64,000 nucleotides of DNA from a virus. Below the pieces are notes generated by a model. It was given only the letters and a program-made list of their open reading frames with translations, ran no database searches and was not told the DNA's origin. Position 1 is the stretch's first letter. The number at the start of each line of letters is the position of its first letter. Shown here piece after piece: positions 45,847 through 60,612 of the stretch. The stretch is from IMG/VR virus record IMGVR_UViG_2823662158_000001; one strand, written 5' to 3'. Made by a program: the position numbers and the translations under genes.

Positions 45847-46452
45847 AAGCAAAGTACTATTTATTATCGACGCTGGCCATGGTGGATTGCATCCTGAGAC
45901 AGGAAAGTATGTGACCCTGGAAAGCGTATGGTTAAAGATGGTGTTGAGTTCTACGAGGGAGTAAATAACCGCGACAACGTAAAGCGTATTATGCGAGCCT
46001 TGGTTGATTCTGGTTTGGAGTGTGTAGAGCTTTGTCCAAGTTGGATAGATACCCCATTAAGTGAACGCTGTAAACGTGCTAATACTTGGGCAGAAGATAG
46101 AGAAGCAGTGCTAATCAGCATTCATTCCAACGCCGCCGGCAACGGTAGAGATTGGCACGCAGCAAGCGGGATAGATACCTTTGTATATACTAAGGCTAGT
46201 AGTAAGTCTAAGACCTTGGCGAAAATCACACAAGATAGGTTAATGGAATACCTAGGACATTTAACTAAAGACCGTGGAGTTAAAGCACGAAACTTTGCAA
46301 TACTACGCGGCACGAATATGCCAGCTATTTTGGTAGAAGGTGGATTTCATACCAACGAAATAGAGGTAAAACGAATGTTAACAGAAGATTGGAAAAAGGC
46401 GTTTACTAAAGCCATTGTTTCGGCTTGTGTTCAATACAATAATTCACTATGA
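45763..46452 (+). CDS. Amidase endolysin (copy 2)
   Basis: Repeat of 12341-13030. Confidence 0.9.
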
Positions 46453-46896
46453 AATCAATACTCATTTTAAGCCTCTTAACGGGGCTTTTTTCGTGTTCAG
46501 GGTACTACCATATAAAAAGGCAGAGAAACACGTTAAAAAGGCAGAATTAAAGGGTATAACGCCAACGAGAGATACAACGTATATTAATACAAGTGATACA
46601 ACGATCCAAATTGATACTTTGGATAACTATATCCAGATAACAAAAACGATTCGAGATACAGTCTATATCGAGGGTAAAACGGTGTATATTGCTAAGTCAC
46701 GCGCCGAGGTACGACAGGAACAAAAGACGGAGCGCACCAAGTTACGCCAAGAAAACAAAACCAAGCGTAAGGAAGTAAAGCAAAAAGCAAAGACAGAGAG
46801 AAAAGAGAAGCGCAAAAAGTATGGTTCGTATGGATCTTAATTGGATTCGGTTTAGCGCATTTATTACGATTTGCAAGTAAGCATCTTTGGAAATAA
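46449..46896 (+). CDS. u-spanin-like lipoprotein (copy 2)
   Basis: Lipobox LFS-C is in frame with the ATG at 46449. Confidence 0.6.
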
Positions 46897-46907
46897 AACC
46901 AAACACT

Positions 46908-47969
46908 ATGAAAAACCAAATAACGGAAAAGGTATAAGAAGGCGTTTATCATACGATGAGTCTGATTTAATAACCCAATACCGTAGAATCAAAAAGAGGC
47001 TGACGACGCTGGCGTTAACTTCGAAGATGTTAAACACGGATGGCTAAAGTCAGAAAATAGCAGTTTATTTTTAAAAACCCAGATTATAAAGATGAAGCAC
47101 AGAACACATTTGAAAGTCTTAAAGATTTGCTTATACAAGACTTACAAGAATACACGCCTCCCACAACTAAAATAAAACGATCCAAAGTAAAGGACGGCCA
47201 CTTACTTGTGGTGGATTTGGCAGATTTGCATATAAATAAGTTCTGTGAGGTTTTATGACAGGTGACTACTACAACTCTCAACGAGCAGTAGAACGTGCAA
47301 TAGAAGGCGTAAAAGGTATAGTACAGAAGTCTAGCGGGTTTAATATAGAGAAGATTGTATTTGTAGTTGGTAACGATGTGTTAAATACTGACAATATCCA
47401 TAAGGCTACAACTAAAGGAACTGCCCAGGATACAGACTTACATTGGTATAAGGCTTTTAAAGTTGGTCTAGATTGCTACGTAAGCTGTGTAGATTACTTG
47501 CTAGGCTTTGCAGATGTGGAAGTCATACACTGCCCAAGCAACCACGACTACATAACAGGAACACTACTAGCAGAAACATTAGCCGTTTACTATAGGAATC
47601 ATAAAAACGTAACTTTTCAAACAGGGCCAAAGTATAGAAAGTACTAAATATCACCTAAATCTAATTGAATTCGAGCATGGGGACAAGGGTAAACCAAGCA
47701 CACTACCGCTAGCAATGGCAAACGAAGTACCCCAACTATGGGCGAACACTAAGTTTAGATATTGTTGTTTACACCACGTCCACCATCAGGACGTAATAAA
47801 GTTTCAAAGCTCTAAAGACTATATTGGAGTAAATGTGACTTACATGAGATCACCAAGCCCTGCGGATATATGGCACTTTGAATCGGACTATGTTTCCTTG
47901 GCAGCTATTGAAGGACAAATTTATTCCAAAGAAAACGGTAGAGTATCACATATAACTCACTACTTTTAA
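46908..47969 (+). CDS. Metallophosphoesterase (copy 2)
   Basis: Repeat of 13485-14544. Confidence 0.8.
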
Positions 47970-49940
47970 GTATATTTGTATTCGTCTAAATTTTTATGTT
48001 TGGTTTTAGTTTATACGAAGGGAGCAGAAATGTTCCCTTTTTCGTATATTAGCCTTGGCGATATTGCCGGTATAACTTTAGGTTGATTTGTTTGTGTAAA
48101 GGGGTGCAGGGCGCATCCTTTTTCTATTATATCGCATATCGCAATACACGATAATGAAAAAAAGTTCTAAATAATTTTGTAGTTATTACATTTATGCGTA
48201 TCATTGTAATGTAATTAAACAATTAACCAAACACACATGGACAAACAAATAAAAATAACAACCGACGAACCTTTTTACTGTGAGAGTATTTTAGGTATAA
48301 ATGACTTTTGGAGCTTCTCAGCGCAGAAAAACGGCAAGCACTGGATAGATACCTACTGTGACACTAAAAACGAAGCAGAGAGCCTTAAAACGTACTTAGA
48401 AGCTATGCCAGACTTCGCCAAGCTAATGGATATCTTCAATACTTGGCAAAATATGGATAAAAGTACAGGTTCACCAGAAATCAGTAAACAACAGGCTAAA
48501 ATCTACGACCAACTAGAAAAATATCAAAGAAACTAAACAAATAACAACTATGAAAAAATAGAAGATAATTTCAATCACAAGGGTGTTACATTTAAAATCT
48601 TAAAAAGAGGTAAAAATGCTATAATGTTAGATGCTAAAGCGGATTTTTATAACTGTGCCAGTTTGGAGGTTTGGCAAATACGCAAAAGTAAAGAGCGTAC
48701 AATAAAGGGCAAAGTAATTCCTGCACATGAAATAAAGCCGGGAAATGAAGACTATCCATTTACAGCCCATCAATTTATGCGAAATCACTTTAAAACAGAA
48801 GACGAATTCCAAGATATTGCATTAAAAAGATTTAATGAGTATGAAGAAGGGGTTCGTCCAAAGAAAATTGTAAATAAAATTGAATAATAGAAAAATGTTA
48901 TGGAGGAAATGTTTTATAATGAACTAGACAACTTTTCACCGTTTGACGGAAAGATCGAACTGTCTTATGTTATGCACATTCAAAAAATGGTTTACAGTGA
49001 GAATTTCAGTAAATTGCAAGATGAAGTTTACGCCGCATCATTTGGAAGAATTGGACAGGCTATTGATGACACAGGGTATAATTCACATTATTATTGTTTT
49101 GGATAGTGCGTAATAAAAATATTTTGCTTATTATTGCAACTGTTAGGATAGTCCAGAGGGACACGAACCATACTAACTTAAAGATTTTAGATTGCTTTCC
49201 ATAGCAACGAAGGGTTAACGGGTGGTTCGGTTAGCCCTTTTTTCCTACAATTGACATATAGTGGTTTTGTTTTATTCCGATTGTTTCCACGTTAAATAAA
49301 AATCTCAATGAGTACAGTGAAACGTATCTGTTCAAATAAACTGCTGGCAATCCTTACCAGGAACCATGCGACTGCGAGAGAACGAACTAGAATTAAATTT
49401 TAAAGATACGACCTAATGAACGAAAAAGATACACGCAGGGGTAGGAAGTGTTCACGGTGTGCTAAATAGGTGTAATAACCGATAACTCTACTGTAGATAG
49501 TTCTCACGCAGGGGTAAAGGGAGAATTGTATAAACTAAACAAATAACACAATTATGAATTACCAAACATTAAGAGAGTTAAAGAGAAACTTAAAACCAGG
49601 GAAAGTGATTTACAGAAATGGCTTAGAGTACAAGGTGGACCATATCGACGAAGAGCAGATCGTAACGACCTGTGGTAATAGTTTCCACCATTCGAGTGCA
49701 TGAATATTTTTTGGTGCGTGACCTTGGTAAAACTAAGGTGGACGCCATCAAAAAGGATTTATTAGATCACTACAACGAAGGGAATGACACGTTAGAGCAT
49801 ACTATTATGATACTGTCCGGTAAATGGACTGCCTGAGAGTGCTATCACACGTATTAGTAAGGACTTAACGGTGCAGGATTTCACCAAGTACTACGAAGAA
49901 TTAAAACAGAATAAGTAAATTAGCAGAAAACCAAACATAT

Positions 49941-50483
49941 ATGAAGTACACAGTATTACCGTTAAGAGTTATAAAAGACTTAAACGATTGTGATAGCTTG
50001 GCGCTTTTCACCTTCTTACTATCTGGTGAACTCGACCAACTACAGCCCGAAAACATACCGCACGTTATACGCATGAGCCGACCAAGGTATGAAAAGGCAT
50101 TCAAGAAACTACAGGGAAAAGGATATTTACGCCTGGACGGTAGTAAAATTACTGTTAGCGATGATCCAGACCCGTTGGCGAACCATGCAGCAAGTACTAC
50201 GCTATTTCCTGACCAAGACCATGAACTTGTACGGTGGATAAGAGAGAACTGTCCAAGGGTAGCACGTATGCAGAAACCTATTACCAATGTAGAAGCGACC
50301 AAGTTACAAAACATGACAGCAGGCGTAGAAATGGCAGCAGACGTAGTAGAAACACTAGAAGCAATGGAGAACTACGCCAAGCTACACAATAACGTAAGTG
50401 CCTACAAGACTCTAATAAACTGGATGGATAGAAGTAATAGTAACCCCGTTCAATCTAATGACTGGGCAGATATAGAGAAATAG
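49941..50483 (+). CDS. Putative replication initiator (copy 2)
   Basis: Repeat of 16515-17057. Confidence 0.45.
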   Translation: MKYTVLPLRVIKDLNDCDSLALFTFLLSGELDQLQPENIPHVIRMSRPRYEKAFKKLQGKGYLRLDGSKITVSDDPDPLANHAASTTLFPDQDHELVRWIRENCPRVARMQKPITNVEATKLQNMTAGVEMAADVVETLEAMENYAKLHNNVSAYKTLINWMDRSNSNPVQSNDWADIEK

Positions 50484-51807
50484 TGAAGAAAGAAATAAAA
50501 AATTAAAAAATAAATAATTATGCTTAATGTAAAAAAGATACGATAAACAAAATGATTGGTAAGTCAAATTTTAACGTAGGAGATTTGAAAAGAATTTTAA
50601 ACGTAATACCAGAAGAAACGAGTATTCATTTCGGTTTAATTACTGAAAAAGGCACGTCTATAGATCAAAAAGAAGATTTAATTTTGAATTGAAATCAATA
50701 CCAATCAAGGATCAAGGTCTAGACGATATAGATAGCGAAATGATTATATACGTTAACGCTGAAAATTATGAGCGTCAACTACAAGAAAATAGCATATCAT
50801 TAAATGAAGCAATGGCTAAGATATTTGGATCATAATTAATAACCAATGGACATAACCAAACTAAAAAACAGACTAAGTACAAAGGGGTTAAACCTAAGTG
50901 TTAAAGAAGTGGATTTTTTCTAAGTCCACCAAAGCCAATGCAAAAGGAAATAGTAGAAATGTGGCAAAAGTCACTACTACTAGAGCTGCGCAAATACGCC
51001 AACAGCACAATAGGAAAAGACCCCGACAGGTCAACAGCAGAAAAGCTGGCCCAAAAGCTATACAATGATTTTAAGCACATATCTACCCAGGAAATAGGGT
51101 ATTGTCTAGATTTGTTGGTAGGCGGTGAAACAGGAATAGAACCAGACACCTTCAAACTGTCCGGCACACCTATTGTTAAAATGCTCAAACAGTACGATGG
51201 TAAGCGCAAAGCCTTTAACCGTTATTACTGGGAGATAAAGAATGAAGAGAATTCCGCTATTGAAGCTCAACGAGCGCAACAGGAGTTCCTCCGCCAAGCA
51301 CTAATGAAGAAAAGCCAAGGTGCAACCCTTACAGTGTACGAGCGTAGCACTATAGGTAAACATCTAATTGAGAGTGAAAGTCACCAAGTCCGCCAAGCAA
51401 TCTGGGAAGATGTAGACAAGCAACTACCAACGATGCAGAGAGAACTAAAGAAAAACGTGACGGAGCCTTCGGGATAGTGCTAAACGACCAAGACCAGCAG
51501 ACCCCGATAATGTGGACAGACAAACTACTCTACGGGTGTTGTCATTTAATTATTGTACAGATGAATAAAGATTTAGAAACCATTATAAGAATAAACCTTT
51601 TACAACAATGCTTAGTATATTTGTTAGATGAATTAGAGGTATCACCAATATATAAGAGGGATAGAAAACAAGTATATAACAGATTTAAAAGGTTTTAGAG
51701 AAAGAGCTTAATAGTACACTTTACCAAGCAAACCAAGCCGAACGCGATCAATGGCAACAATGCGCTGAGGAATTATATAAAACAGTAACAAACATAAAAG
51801 TAACGAC

Positions 51808-53164
51808 ATGAATTATAACGAATTTTTAAAGTCTAAGCAACATTTGTTAGGATCGTTTGGTTTTGAGCCAAATTTTATTCCTTCAATGGCTTTTGACTTT
51901 CAACAACATATCATTGAAAAGGCGGTACGTAAAGGACGCATGGCAATTTTGCCGATACTGGACTAGGTAAAACCTTGATGCAATTATCAATTGCTCAAAA
52001 CATCGTAAACGAAACAAATAAAAAGGTTTTAATATTGACTCCTTTAGCGGTTGGTTTTCAGTTTATCGACGAAGCTGCAAAGCTAGGAATTGACGATATT
52101 GAGCAAACGATAAAGGAGAACATTCAAAAAGATTGTCGTTTGTAATTACGAACGTTTGCATTATTTAGATTCTAACGATTTTGTGGGTGTTATTCTTGAC
52201 GAATCCAGCATATTAAAGAACTTCGACGGGAAAATAAAAAGTCAGGTAACGGCATTTGTTAAAAAGATTCCTTATCGCTTTTAAGCACAGCAACGCCCGC
52301 ACCAATGACTTTATTGAACTTGGTACAAGTTCCGAGGCTTTGGGTTATATGGGTTACATGGATATGCTTGGAAAGTTTTTAAAAACAATCAGAATAGCGT
52401 TGATAGTAATAACCGTAATATCGGGGAAAAGTTCTATTTAAAACCTCATGCAGAAAAAGACTTTTCGCTTGGATAAATCAATGGGCGATTATGGTAAAAA
52501 TGCCTAGCGACATTGGTTTTTCAAATGATCGTTATATTTTGCCAGAATTGATTACTAATAAACATATTGTAAAGAATAAATCTTTAATCGCTGTTAATGG
52601 TCAAATAGAAATGTTTAACATTGTTGCTAAGAACTTTAGCGAAATTAGACACGAAGAAAAACAAACGATTCAGGAACGAAGCGAAAAAGCGGTAGAATTA
52701 GCAAAAGAAAAGGTTTCTGTTTATTGGGTGAATCGAAACGAAGAAAGCGCGTTAATTAACGAATTAGATTCGGACGCGGTAGAGATTAGAGGGTCAATGT
52801 CAATTGACAAAAAGAGGATATTTTGATTAACTTTGCAAAAGGAAACATTGACAGAATAATTACCAAGGCGAAGATGACTGGAATGGGGTTAAACTGGCAA
52901 CACTGCAATCATTCCGTATTTTTCCCTACATGGAGTTACGAACAATATTACCAAGCAATTAGACGTTTTGGCGTTTTGGTCAAAAGAAAGATGTTACAAT
53001 TGATGTGGTAATTTCAGACGGTCAAACGCGAGTAATTGAAGCATTAGAACAAAAAACGCAAAAAGCAATAGAATTACATAAAACTTAACTCAAGCTGTTA
53101 ACACTTCTTACAGCGAAACAAAAAAGAATTTAATAAAGAAGTGATAAAACCAACATTTTTATAA
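51808..53164 (+). CDS. SNF2-like helicase (copy 2)
   Basis: Repeat of 18384-19739. Confidence 0.85.
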
Positions 53165-53167
53165 AAC

Positions 53168-54193
53168 ATGGAAAAAGTAAAAGATCAGGAAATTACCGAC
53201 AATTACGCTATTTATAATAGTGATTGTATGTATGTACTGCCAACACTCGGAGACAGTAGTATTGATTTATCGGTGTACTCTCCACCTTTCGCGGGATTGT
53301 ACAATTATTCGAGCAGCGAAAACGACTTTAGCAATTGCGAAACAAAAGAACAATTTTGGAGCAATACGAATACCTTGTAAAAGAAATTTCCAGAGTTACA
53401 AAGGCGGGAAGAATTACGGCGGTACATTGCACGGACGTTTTTGATAACACTTGCCGTTTGTGGGATTTCCCAAACGAAATTATTCGGATTCATACAAAGT
53501 ACGGTTTTGAATATCGCAACCGTATAACAGTTTGGAAGGAGCCTTTAAAAGTTCGTATGCGTACAATGGTTCAATCGTTGATGCACAAGTTTATCGTTGA
53601 GGATTCCACGCGCTGTTTTACGGCTATGCCTGACTATGTTTTGATTTTCACAAAGAAAGGGAAAACGAAGTGCCAGTAACACACCCGAACGGACTAAAGC
53701 GATACTTTGGAGAAACGCCAGTGTTACCGAATATTTTAAACGCTTGGAACAATGCAAACAAAAGCAACTTAAATGCGGCGCAACTTTGGGAACATCTAAA
53801 CGCTAAATACAAAGACCACGAAGACCCGCAAAGCAACAAGCTAAGTCACTACATTTGGCAACGTTACGCGTCGAGCGTTTGGGATGATGTGCGTATTGAT
53901 AATGTGTTACCTTTCCGTGACTCAAAAGAAGACGACGACGAGAAGCACGTACACCCGTTGCAATTGGACGTAATAGATAGAATAGTTGAAATGTACTCTA
54001 ATGAGGGTGAAGTTGTTTTAACGCCTTTTATGGGGTTGGTTCAGAGGTTTACAGCCCAGTTTCGTTAGGTCGTAAGGCTATTGGAATCGAATTAAAAGAT
54101 AGTTATTTCAAACAGGCTAAAATCAATTTGTCTTTGGCAAATACACGATTTAAAGACGAAGTTAAACAAACATCATTACTAGATGAGTTGTAA
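53168..54193 (+). CDS. DNA methyltransferase (copy 2)
   Basis: Repeat of 19743-20769. Confidence 0.88.
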
Positions 54194-56112
54194 TGGACAA
54201 GACAACTAGATACAGTGATATAAAGGCATGGTACTTGGCGAACCTTGACCAACTACCCTACAGCGTACATCTAGAGACGGGGAAATTAGATTCAATATCC
54301 CCCAACTTGTCCAAAACCTAATACTACAGATAGACACAGTAATAAAATCTGGTAACGATCCACGCAAAGACCCAAACTCGAAACGCGCCAAGGCACTACT
54401 AATAACCATCTACGGGGAACTACAGTACAAAGAAGGCTACAGGGATTCAATGGTAACATGGGAAGAGTACGCAGCTAACGGATATAAATTCCTGTAATTA
54501 CATTTGGATATATCATTCAAGTGTATTATATTTACACCATAACAAAAACACAAACAGTTATGGAAACATTAGAACAATTAGAAAAGTTGGCCGTAGTACT
54601 TGGAACTATCCAAGGCAATATCGAAGGTTTAGAGCGCTATCTACAGATAGCTGATCCAACAGCCACGGAAACCATCAAACGCGCTGAGATCGAACTAAAC
54701 TGTCTTAGAAACTTAATGAAAGCCATTGAAAGCGAGTAGCCAAGATAAGCTGTACTACTTTAACCTTCGTGACCAAATCCAGAGGCACATGAGTAATACA
54801 GACGGCTGTCTATTGTCCAAGGACGAACTACACAACTATTTAAAGTGGTACGCAGACCTAGAGCATGTGAGCATGAAAACAATATCACATGAGGATTTGC
54901 AGATACTTAAAGAGTGGAGCAAACAGTTTGCAGCGACAATAGGGCTGGACATAAAAGACCAAGAAGAATGAGTAGGCTAAACTATCACAAACAGAATCAA
55001 CTAGACGCCATGAAGCGAGGAATCGAATCAGGTGACGCAATTATAAACCAAGGGGAACACCCTTACAAATATGAACAAATGAATCAAGTAACAACCGCAA
55101 AAGTAAAAGAGGTGATTAGCACCAAACCATGGAACGACGTAATATACCACAACCTAGTAATGGATAATGGTGATAAGATCAACATTGGTAAAAAGAAAAC
55201 CCTAGTACCTGGTGACGAATTAACCTACCAACAAACGGGTGACGGTCAACAGGAGTATAACAGAGCTAAGAGCGTACAAAAGGAGCAGTTTTCGCCAAGT
55301 CCACAAGGGGAGGTAATGACCGTACAGACGCTATACTATACCAAACATGCTTAAAAGCAGCATCGGAAGCATTAGTATGTATGTACGATCCACAGTTCGC
55401 CAACAGCCAAATAACAGTTACAGCAATTAACGACATGGCTTTAGAAATGGCACAACAGGCTAAAGCTAACATTGCCAAGCTATGACTAGAGATGAGATGA
55501 TTGTAAGGGGCGCAACTTATGTGTTTGCGTCCCTATTCATTGTAGCATGTCTGTACTTGGCGCAGACGGGAGAAAACCAAACACCAGAGCCGACCAAAGA
55601 CACAGGACTTATACAGCTAGATAGTGACAGCGTAGAACTAACAACAGAACCATATAAATTTTAGACATGGAAAATATCTACATTCCACCAACGACCAAAA
55701 CAACCTACCCCGACCAAGGACACAGAAGACTAACACCAAACTACTCACAGATAACAGACGAACACAGAAGGGCGTTTTTCACCAACATCAACGAACCCTT
55801 ACTAAAGAGTGTAAGACGAATCAAAAACAGCTAAGAGACATGGAAACACCCATTCAAAAAGCGAAACTTTGGCACAAAATGACGGGCAACGAATACTTTG
55901 TACTTTCGGACGGTTCTTTTGGCCTTGGCATTGGTTTAACGGCAACCGTAATAAAATACACGACATTGTAGACAGTTCTGGAGATGGGTCTTCCTTAGTG
56001 CCTTTATTGGCTAAGATTGAGAAAGAGAGGTAACGGTTAGGCTATGCACCGTTTTAATGGTGTATAGGTAGTGTTAGCATTAGTACGGGTTAATAAATAA
56101 AGACTTAATAAG

Positions 56113-56511
56113 ATGGATAGATTAAAAGAATTGATTGGTAAAACACTTACCAAAGTAGAAAACAACGACAATTACGAGATAGTATTTACTTGCGAAGATG
56201 GAAAGCAATATAAAATGTATCACGGACAAGATTGTTGCGAAAGTGTAACTATTGAGGATATAGTTGGTGACTTACAAGATTTGGTTGGAAGCCCAATATT
56301 AAAAGCAGAAGAAGTTTCAAATTATGAACCGACTTTAAAAGAAGATATTGAACGAACTAAAGAAGCAGAAGATTGGGGTTCTTGTACTTGGACTTACTAC
56401 AAATTCGCAACAATTAAAGGATATGTAGATATTAGATGGTTTGGAGAAAGTAATGGGTACTACTCTGAATCAGTAGATTTTATATTGCTTGGTGTTGATT
56501 ATGAGTACTAA
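56113..56511 (+). CDS. HxQDCCE cassette gene (copy 2)
   Basis: Repeat of 22687-23085 with the same flanks. Confidence 0.8.
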   Translation: MDRLKELIGKTLTKVENNDNYEIVFTCEDGKQYKMYHGQDCCESVTIEDIVGDLQDLVGSPILKAEEVSNYEPTLKEDIERTKEAEDWGSCTWTYYKFATIKGYVDIRWFGESNGYYSESVDFILLGVDYEY

Positions 56512-57684
56512 CGTAGTATTAATGCTAACAACCAAATAAAGAACATTAAACGATTAAGTATGAGTAAAGAAGAAATTGCAAGACGTATAGTCGAATACTT
56601 TAACCACAATGAAATGACAGGAGGTAAATGGGATTCGATTATGTATGAACAGAAAAGAGTAGTTATGAAATTGTTGAAACAATTAAACCAAAACAAAGAT
56701 GAGTACAACATTTGGAATAATAACTAAAAGCGGTGAAGAAAGGCCGATAGCAAGAAGAGTAGGTGGCAAAAACGGTGCTGAAATGTGGTTTACTGATGAT
56801 CTAGCAGAAATGCTCCCAAATAATACACCAGTAGAACCATTAGATAATTCAGCACAAGGAATCCATACTATTGGGGATATTAAAAATCATATATTAAACC
56901 AAAACAAAGATGAGTCTAAGTAAAATATAGGGAAATGCAAAAATGTGGATTTCCTATGTACCAATGCAAAGGCCATTTTAATGCAATAGCAGAACCTATG
57001 AGTAAAGAACAAACACGCGAAGAAATACAGGCCATGATCGACCAACTAAAGAAGGAATTAACTGGCGACATGATGAAGGACATGGAGATTAAAGATCAAA
57101 TCCACAAACTAGAAATGGAATTGAACCAAGTAAAGCCACCGGATTCTCCCTTCGAATGCTTCGGCTGTGGGTCATAAATAGAATACCATGGATAAAATTA
57201 GACAGATAAATAGAATGGTTGACACCCTGCCAACACAGCAGGAAAGACAATTCACCAGGGCGTATGTATATCGAAAGGTAATGAATTGGAAGTATGAGGA
57301 CATTGCCAAGTACTTCTATATGACTTCTAGGGAAGCCCAGAGCAACGCAGAAAAGGCGGCACTACTTTATGATCTTAAACACAGTAGAGAGGGTAGGGTA
57401 GGTAGAGTAGTGGAAGCGTGTGAGGACTTGGTGACACGTGAGGGGTTAAAGGAACACCGCAACCATGTACAGGAAGTAGCAAAAAGACTAGATAAAAGAT
57501 AAAGAATGAAGCATAAGATATTAGTAGAGAACATAGAAGCCTTGGCGAAAACCGAACTACAGTCGATTACTAAAAAGTACAAGGTAGGAACGATAGCGAG
57601 GCTGTCCAAGCTACACCCTGCTACAGTACAAAAGGTATTAGACGGTCAAAGCGTAGAGAGTAAGACATATAAAGCACTAGGTAA

Positions 57685-58352
57685 ATGGATCAAAGAAGAA
57701 GGACTGTAAAAAAGTGCGCTAATAAAAACTGTGGTAAGGAGTTCTATCCTTCAAAGACTACACAACGTGTTTGTTCCTATCCGTGTGCCTTGGAATTTGC
57801 CAAGCATAAGAACTACGAGAAGGAAGTAAAGAAAGCCAAAGCCCGGAAACGTCAACACAAGATAGAAGAAATGACCAAGGACAAGTACAGGGCAGTAAAG
57901 ATACAACCACTCATTAATAAGATAGCTAGGTTAATCGACTACGGCCAAGTATGCATTGCGTCCAGAGTAGACAAAGGCAAAATGGCAGGAGGTCACTACC
58001 ACGCAGTAGGACACAATAGAACACTATCGTTGAACCTTCACAATATACATATTCAGTCCTACCACAGCAACGGTCCACAAGGAGGGCAGCATATAAAGTA
58101 TAGACACGGACTTATTGAAGAGATGGGAACGAGTACACAGAATTTATAGATATGCACCTTTGCCAATGCCCAAGCAACCTTTGGACCAAGAACGATCTAA
58201 TAAAACTACGCCCAGGGTTATTGGGTACTATAAAGCAGTTGGAAGCCGACCAAACCAAACGAACACCACTAGAGCGTATCACTTTAAGGAATCAAATAAA
58301 TGAGCAAATAGGACTATATGCAAAAGAATTTAGTATATTTAGCGTTGAATGA
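57685..58352 (+). CDS. ninG: NinG-like endonuclease (copy 2)
   Basis: Repeat of 24259-24926. Confidence 0.7.
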
Positions 58353-58364
58353 CAATAAGTTAAA

Positions 58365-58904
58365 ATGAATGTACTGGAGGAACTAGGGAAACACCACAAC
58401 GAATGGTTACGAATGGTCAAAAGTTTTGGCGCAAAGTCAGAAGCGGAAGACATAGTACAGGACGTTTACTTACGAATTCACAAGTACATTGAAAAGCACC
58501 AAGCCCACGATAAGATAATAAAGGACGGTAAAGTAAACAAGCCTTTTGTATTCATATCCCTACGCAACACCTATATAATGTACTGTAAGGATGAAAAGAA
58601 ACGGGGTGCAGTGTGTTTGGACAACTTGCCCGAACTTCGCCAAGACGAAGAGGGACTACAATACAAAAAGCGAAAATAAGTTCTTTAATAGACTAAACCA
58701 AGAAACAGACAGCTGGCACTGGTACGACAAAATGCTTTTACCTACTACATGGAGAGTGGCAGAAGCTACAGGGACTTAGCAGAAGAGTCGAACATAAGCC
58801 TAACAAGTATTTGGAATACTATGAAGAACTGCAAAGAACGAATTAAAGACAACCTATCCGAAGATTGGGAAGATCTGAACAACGGAGATTTTGAGAGATT
58901 ATGA
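58365..58904 (+). CDS. ECF-like sigma factor (copy 2)
   Basis: Repeat of 24939-25478. Confidence 0.8.
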
Positions 58905-59069
58905 CAGGATCAGCATACATAGCAAAGCAAGCGATTGAAGTAATAGAGAAACTAGAGGAGGAGTTGCGCATACTTCGCCAAGAACACATAGAACTACAAC
59001 GCCAACTAGAAACAAGACTAGAAGCAGAGAGCGAAACATTTAAACACATAACACGTAAAACATTAAAAG

Positions 59070-59558
59070 ATGAGCAAGAAACAAACTAGATTCAGAAGAA
59101 CTCCAGAAGAGATCGAGCAAGGTCTAACGGTGGAGCAAGCCAAGGCAGCAAGAAAGGCTAACTACCAAAAGAAAGAGCAACCAGAGGTGCTTAGAGCGCC
59201 AAAACCAGAAGGGCTAGGTGACAAGGTAGAGAAGGTACTAAAGTCTACAGGGGTTAAAGCCTTTGTTGAGTTCCTAAACGGTGGCAAGGAATGCGAGGGA
59301 TGCCAAAAGAGAAAAGAAGCACTAAACAAAATCACCAAGCACAGAAAGGCAAAGAACCTAGAACTGTCCGATATAGAATTCATCGTAAAGATAAAGGACA
59401 AAAACACACTAAAGGCAACAGAGGTAATGTACTTGTACATGATGCATGCACGTATTTACAACTATAAGTACATTGTACCGGGTAACTGTGCGAGCTGTGT
59501 CATTCAAAGACGTAATGATTTAGTAGAACTATATAACTTATACCATGAAAGCAAATAA
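59070..59558 (+). CDS. Cys-rich hypothetical protein (copy 2)
   Basis: Repeat of 25644-26132. Confidence 0.7.
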   Translation: MSKKQTRFRRTPEEIEQGLTVEQAKAARKANYQKKEQPEVLRAPKPEGLGDKVEKVLKSTGVKAFVEFLNGGKECEGCQKRKEALNKITKHRKAKNLELSDIEFIVKIKDKNTLKATEVMYLYMMHARIYNYKYIVPGNCASCVIQRRNDLVELYNLYHESK

Positions 59559-60363
59559 GCCACTTTTAGCGACGATGTGCTTGGCATTATTAGTGTCCTG
59601 TGGGCAGAATTCACCAAGCCCGTGTAACTGTCACGAAGTACAAGAAAGCCTACAGACGACAACCGATATTAATGGAATACCGTCTACAGTATGGGTAGAA
59701 GATCACCAAACACAACCAACACAAGCCAACTGCAACACAGCAACCGATTGGCAATATAACAACCAGGCAACAATACGCTGGAAGACAGTTTGTCAATGAG
59801 AAGCTACAACGAGAGAGAACTAATTAACGAAATGCTTTGGTTAATAGAAACTAACTACTCTGTACTTAATGATACGTTCTATCTAAGCGACTATTACCAG
59901 CATTGGGAATTTGAAATACCAGAGGGTTACTACTTATGCTTTGTACCTGACACTGATCCATTAGACGTACGGTTAGCACCAAAACTAAACCCTGAACAAT
60001 TGAACTAGATGAATAAGGCACGTTTAAGACGATTTTACACCTTAACCGAGGGCAAGTATCGCCAAAGACTAGCCAAAGACTTCACAAGAGGTCTAAACGT
60101 ATTTATAGGCTATTACCAAAACAATGAACAAGGATGCTAGACAGAGAACCAAGTAACATAGAGAAAGTACTACACTGGGCAAACGTTAATGGATTCGCTA
60201 TGCTAGTCGATGGTGACCAAGACCAAATTGAAGTAATGTACTCTAGTCCTAACTTCTACCAGGGCCACCAAATAACAACAGAGCAATTGATAGAACTATA
60301 CAATAAGTGTAATACTGTTAAATAAATAACATTTAGTAGAATCATTAATGAATTTATTTGATT

Positions 60364-60612
60364 ATGGCAAAAGTAGACGGAAGAAGAAATAATGGCGGCA
60401 ATAAGAATGCTGGTAGAAAGCCCAAAGCAGACGAACAGAAACTTATTGAACGTCTAGGCAAGTACGAAGACAAAGCACACGAGAAACTAGAAGAGGCTGT
60501 AGGAGCTGGACACTCATGGGCAATTAAAATGTACATGGAATACCGCTACGGTAAACCAAGAGAGACTAAAGATGTTAACTTGACAGGTGATTTGCCAATC
60601 TTCGATTTGTAG
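60364..60612 (+). CDS. terS: Terminase small subunit (copy 2)
   Basis: Repeat of 26938-27186. Confidence 0.7.
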   Translation: MAKVDGRRNNGGNKNAGRKPKADEQKLIERLGKYEDKAHEKLEEAVGAGHSWAIKMYMEYRYGKPRETKDVNLTGDLPIFDL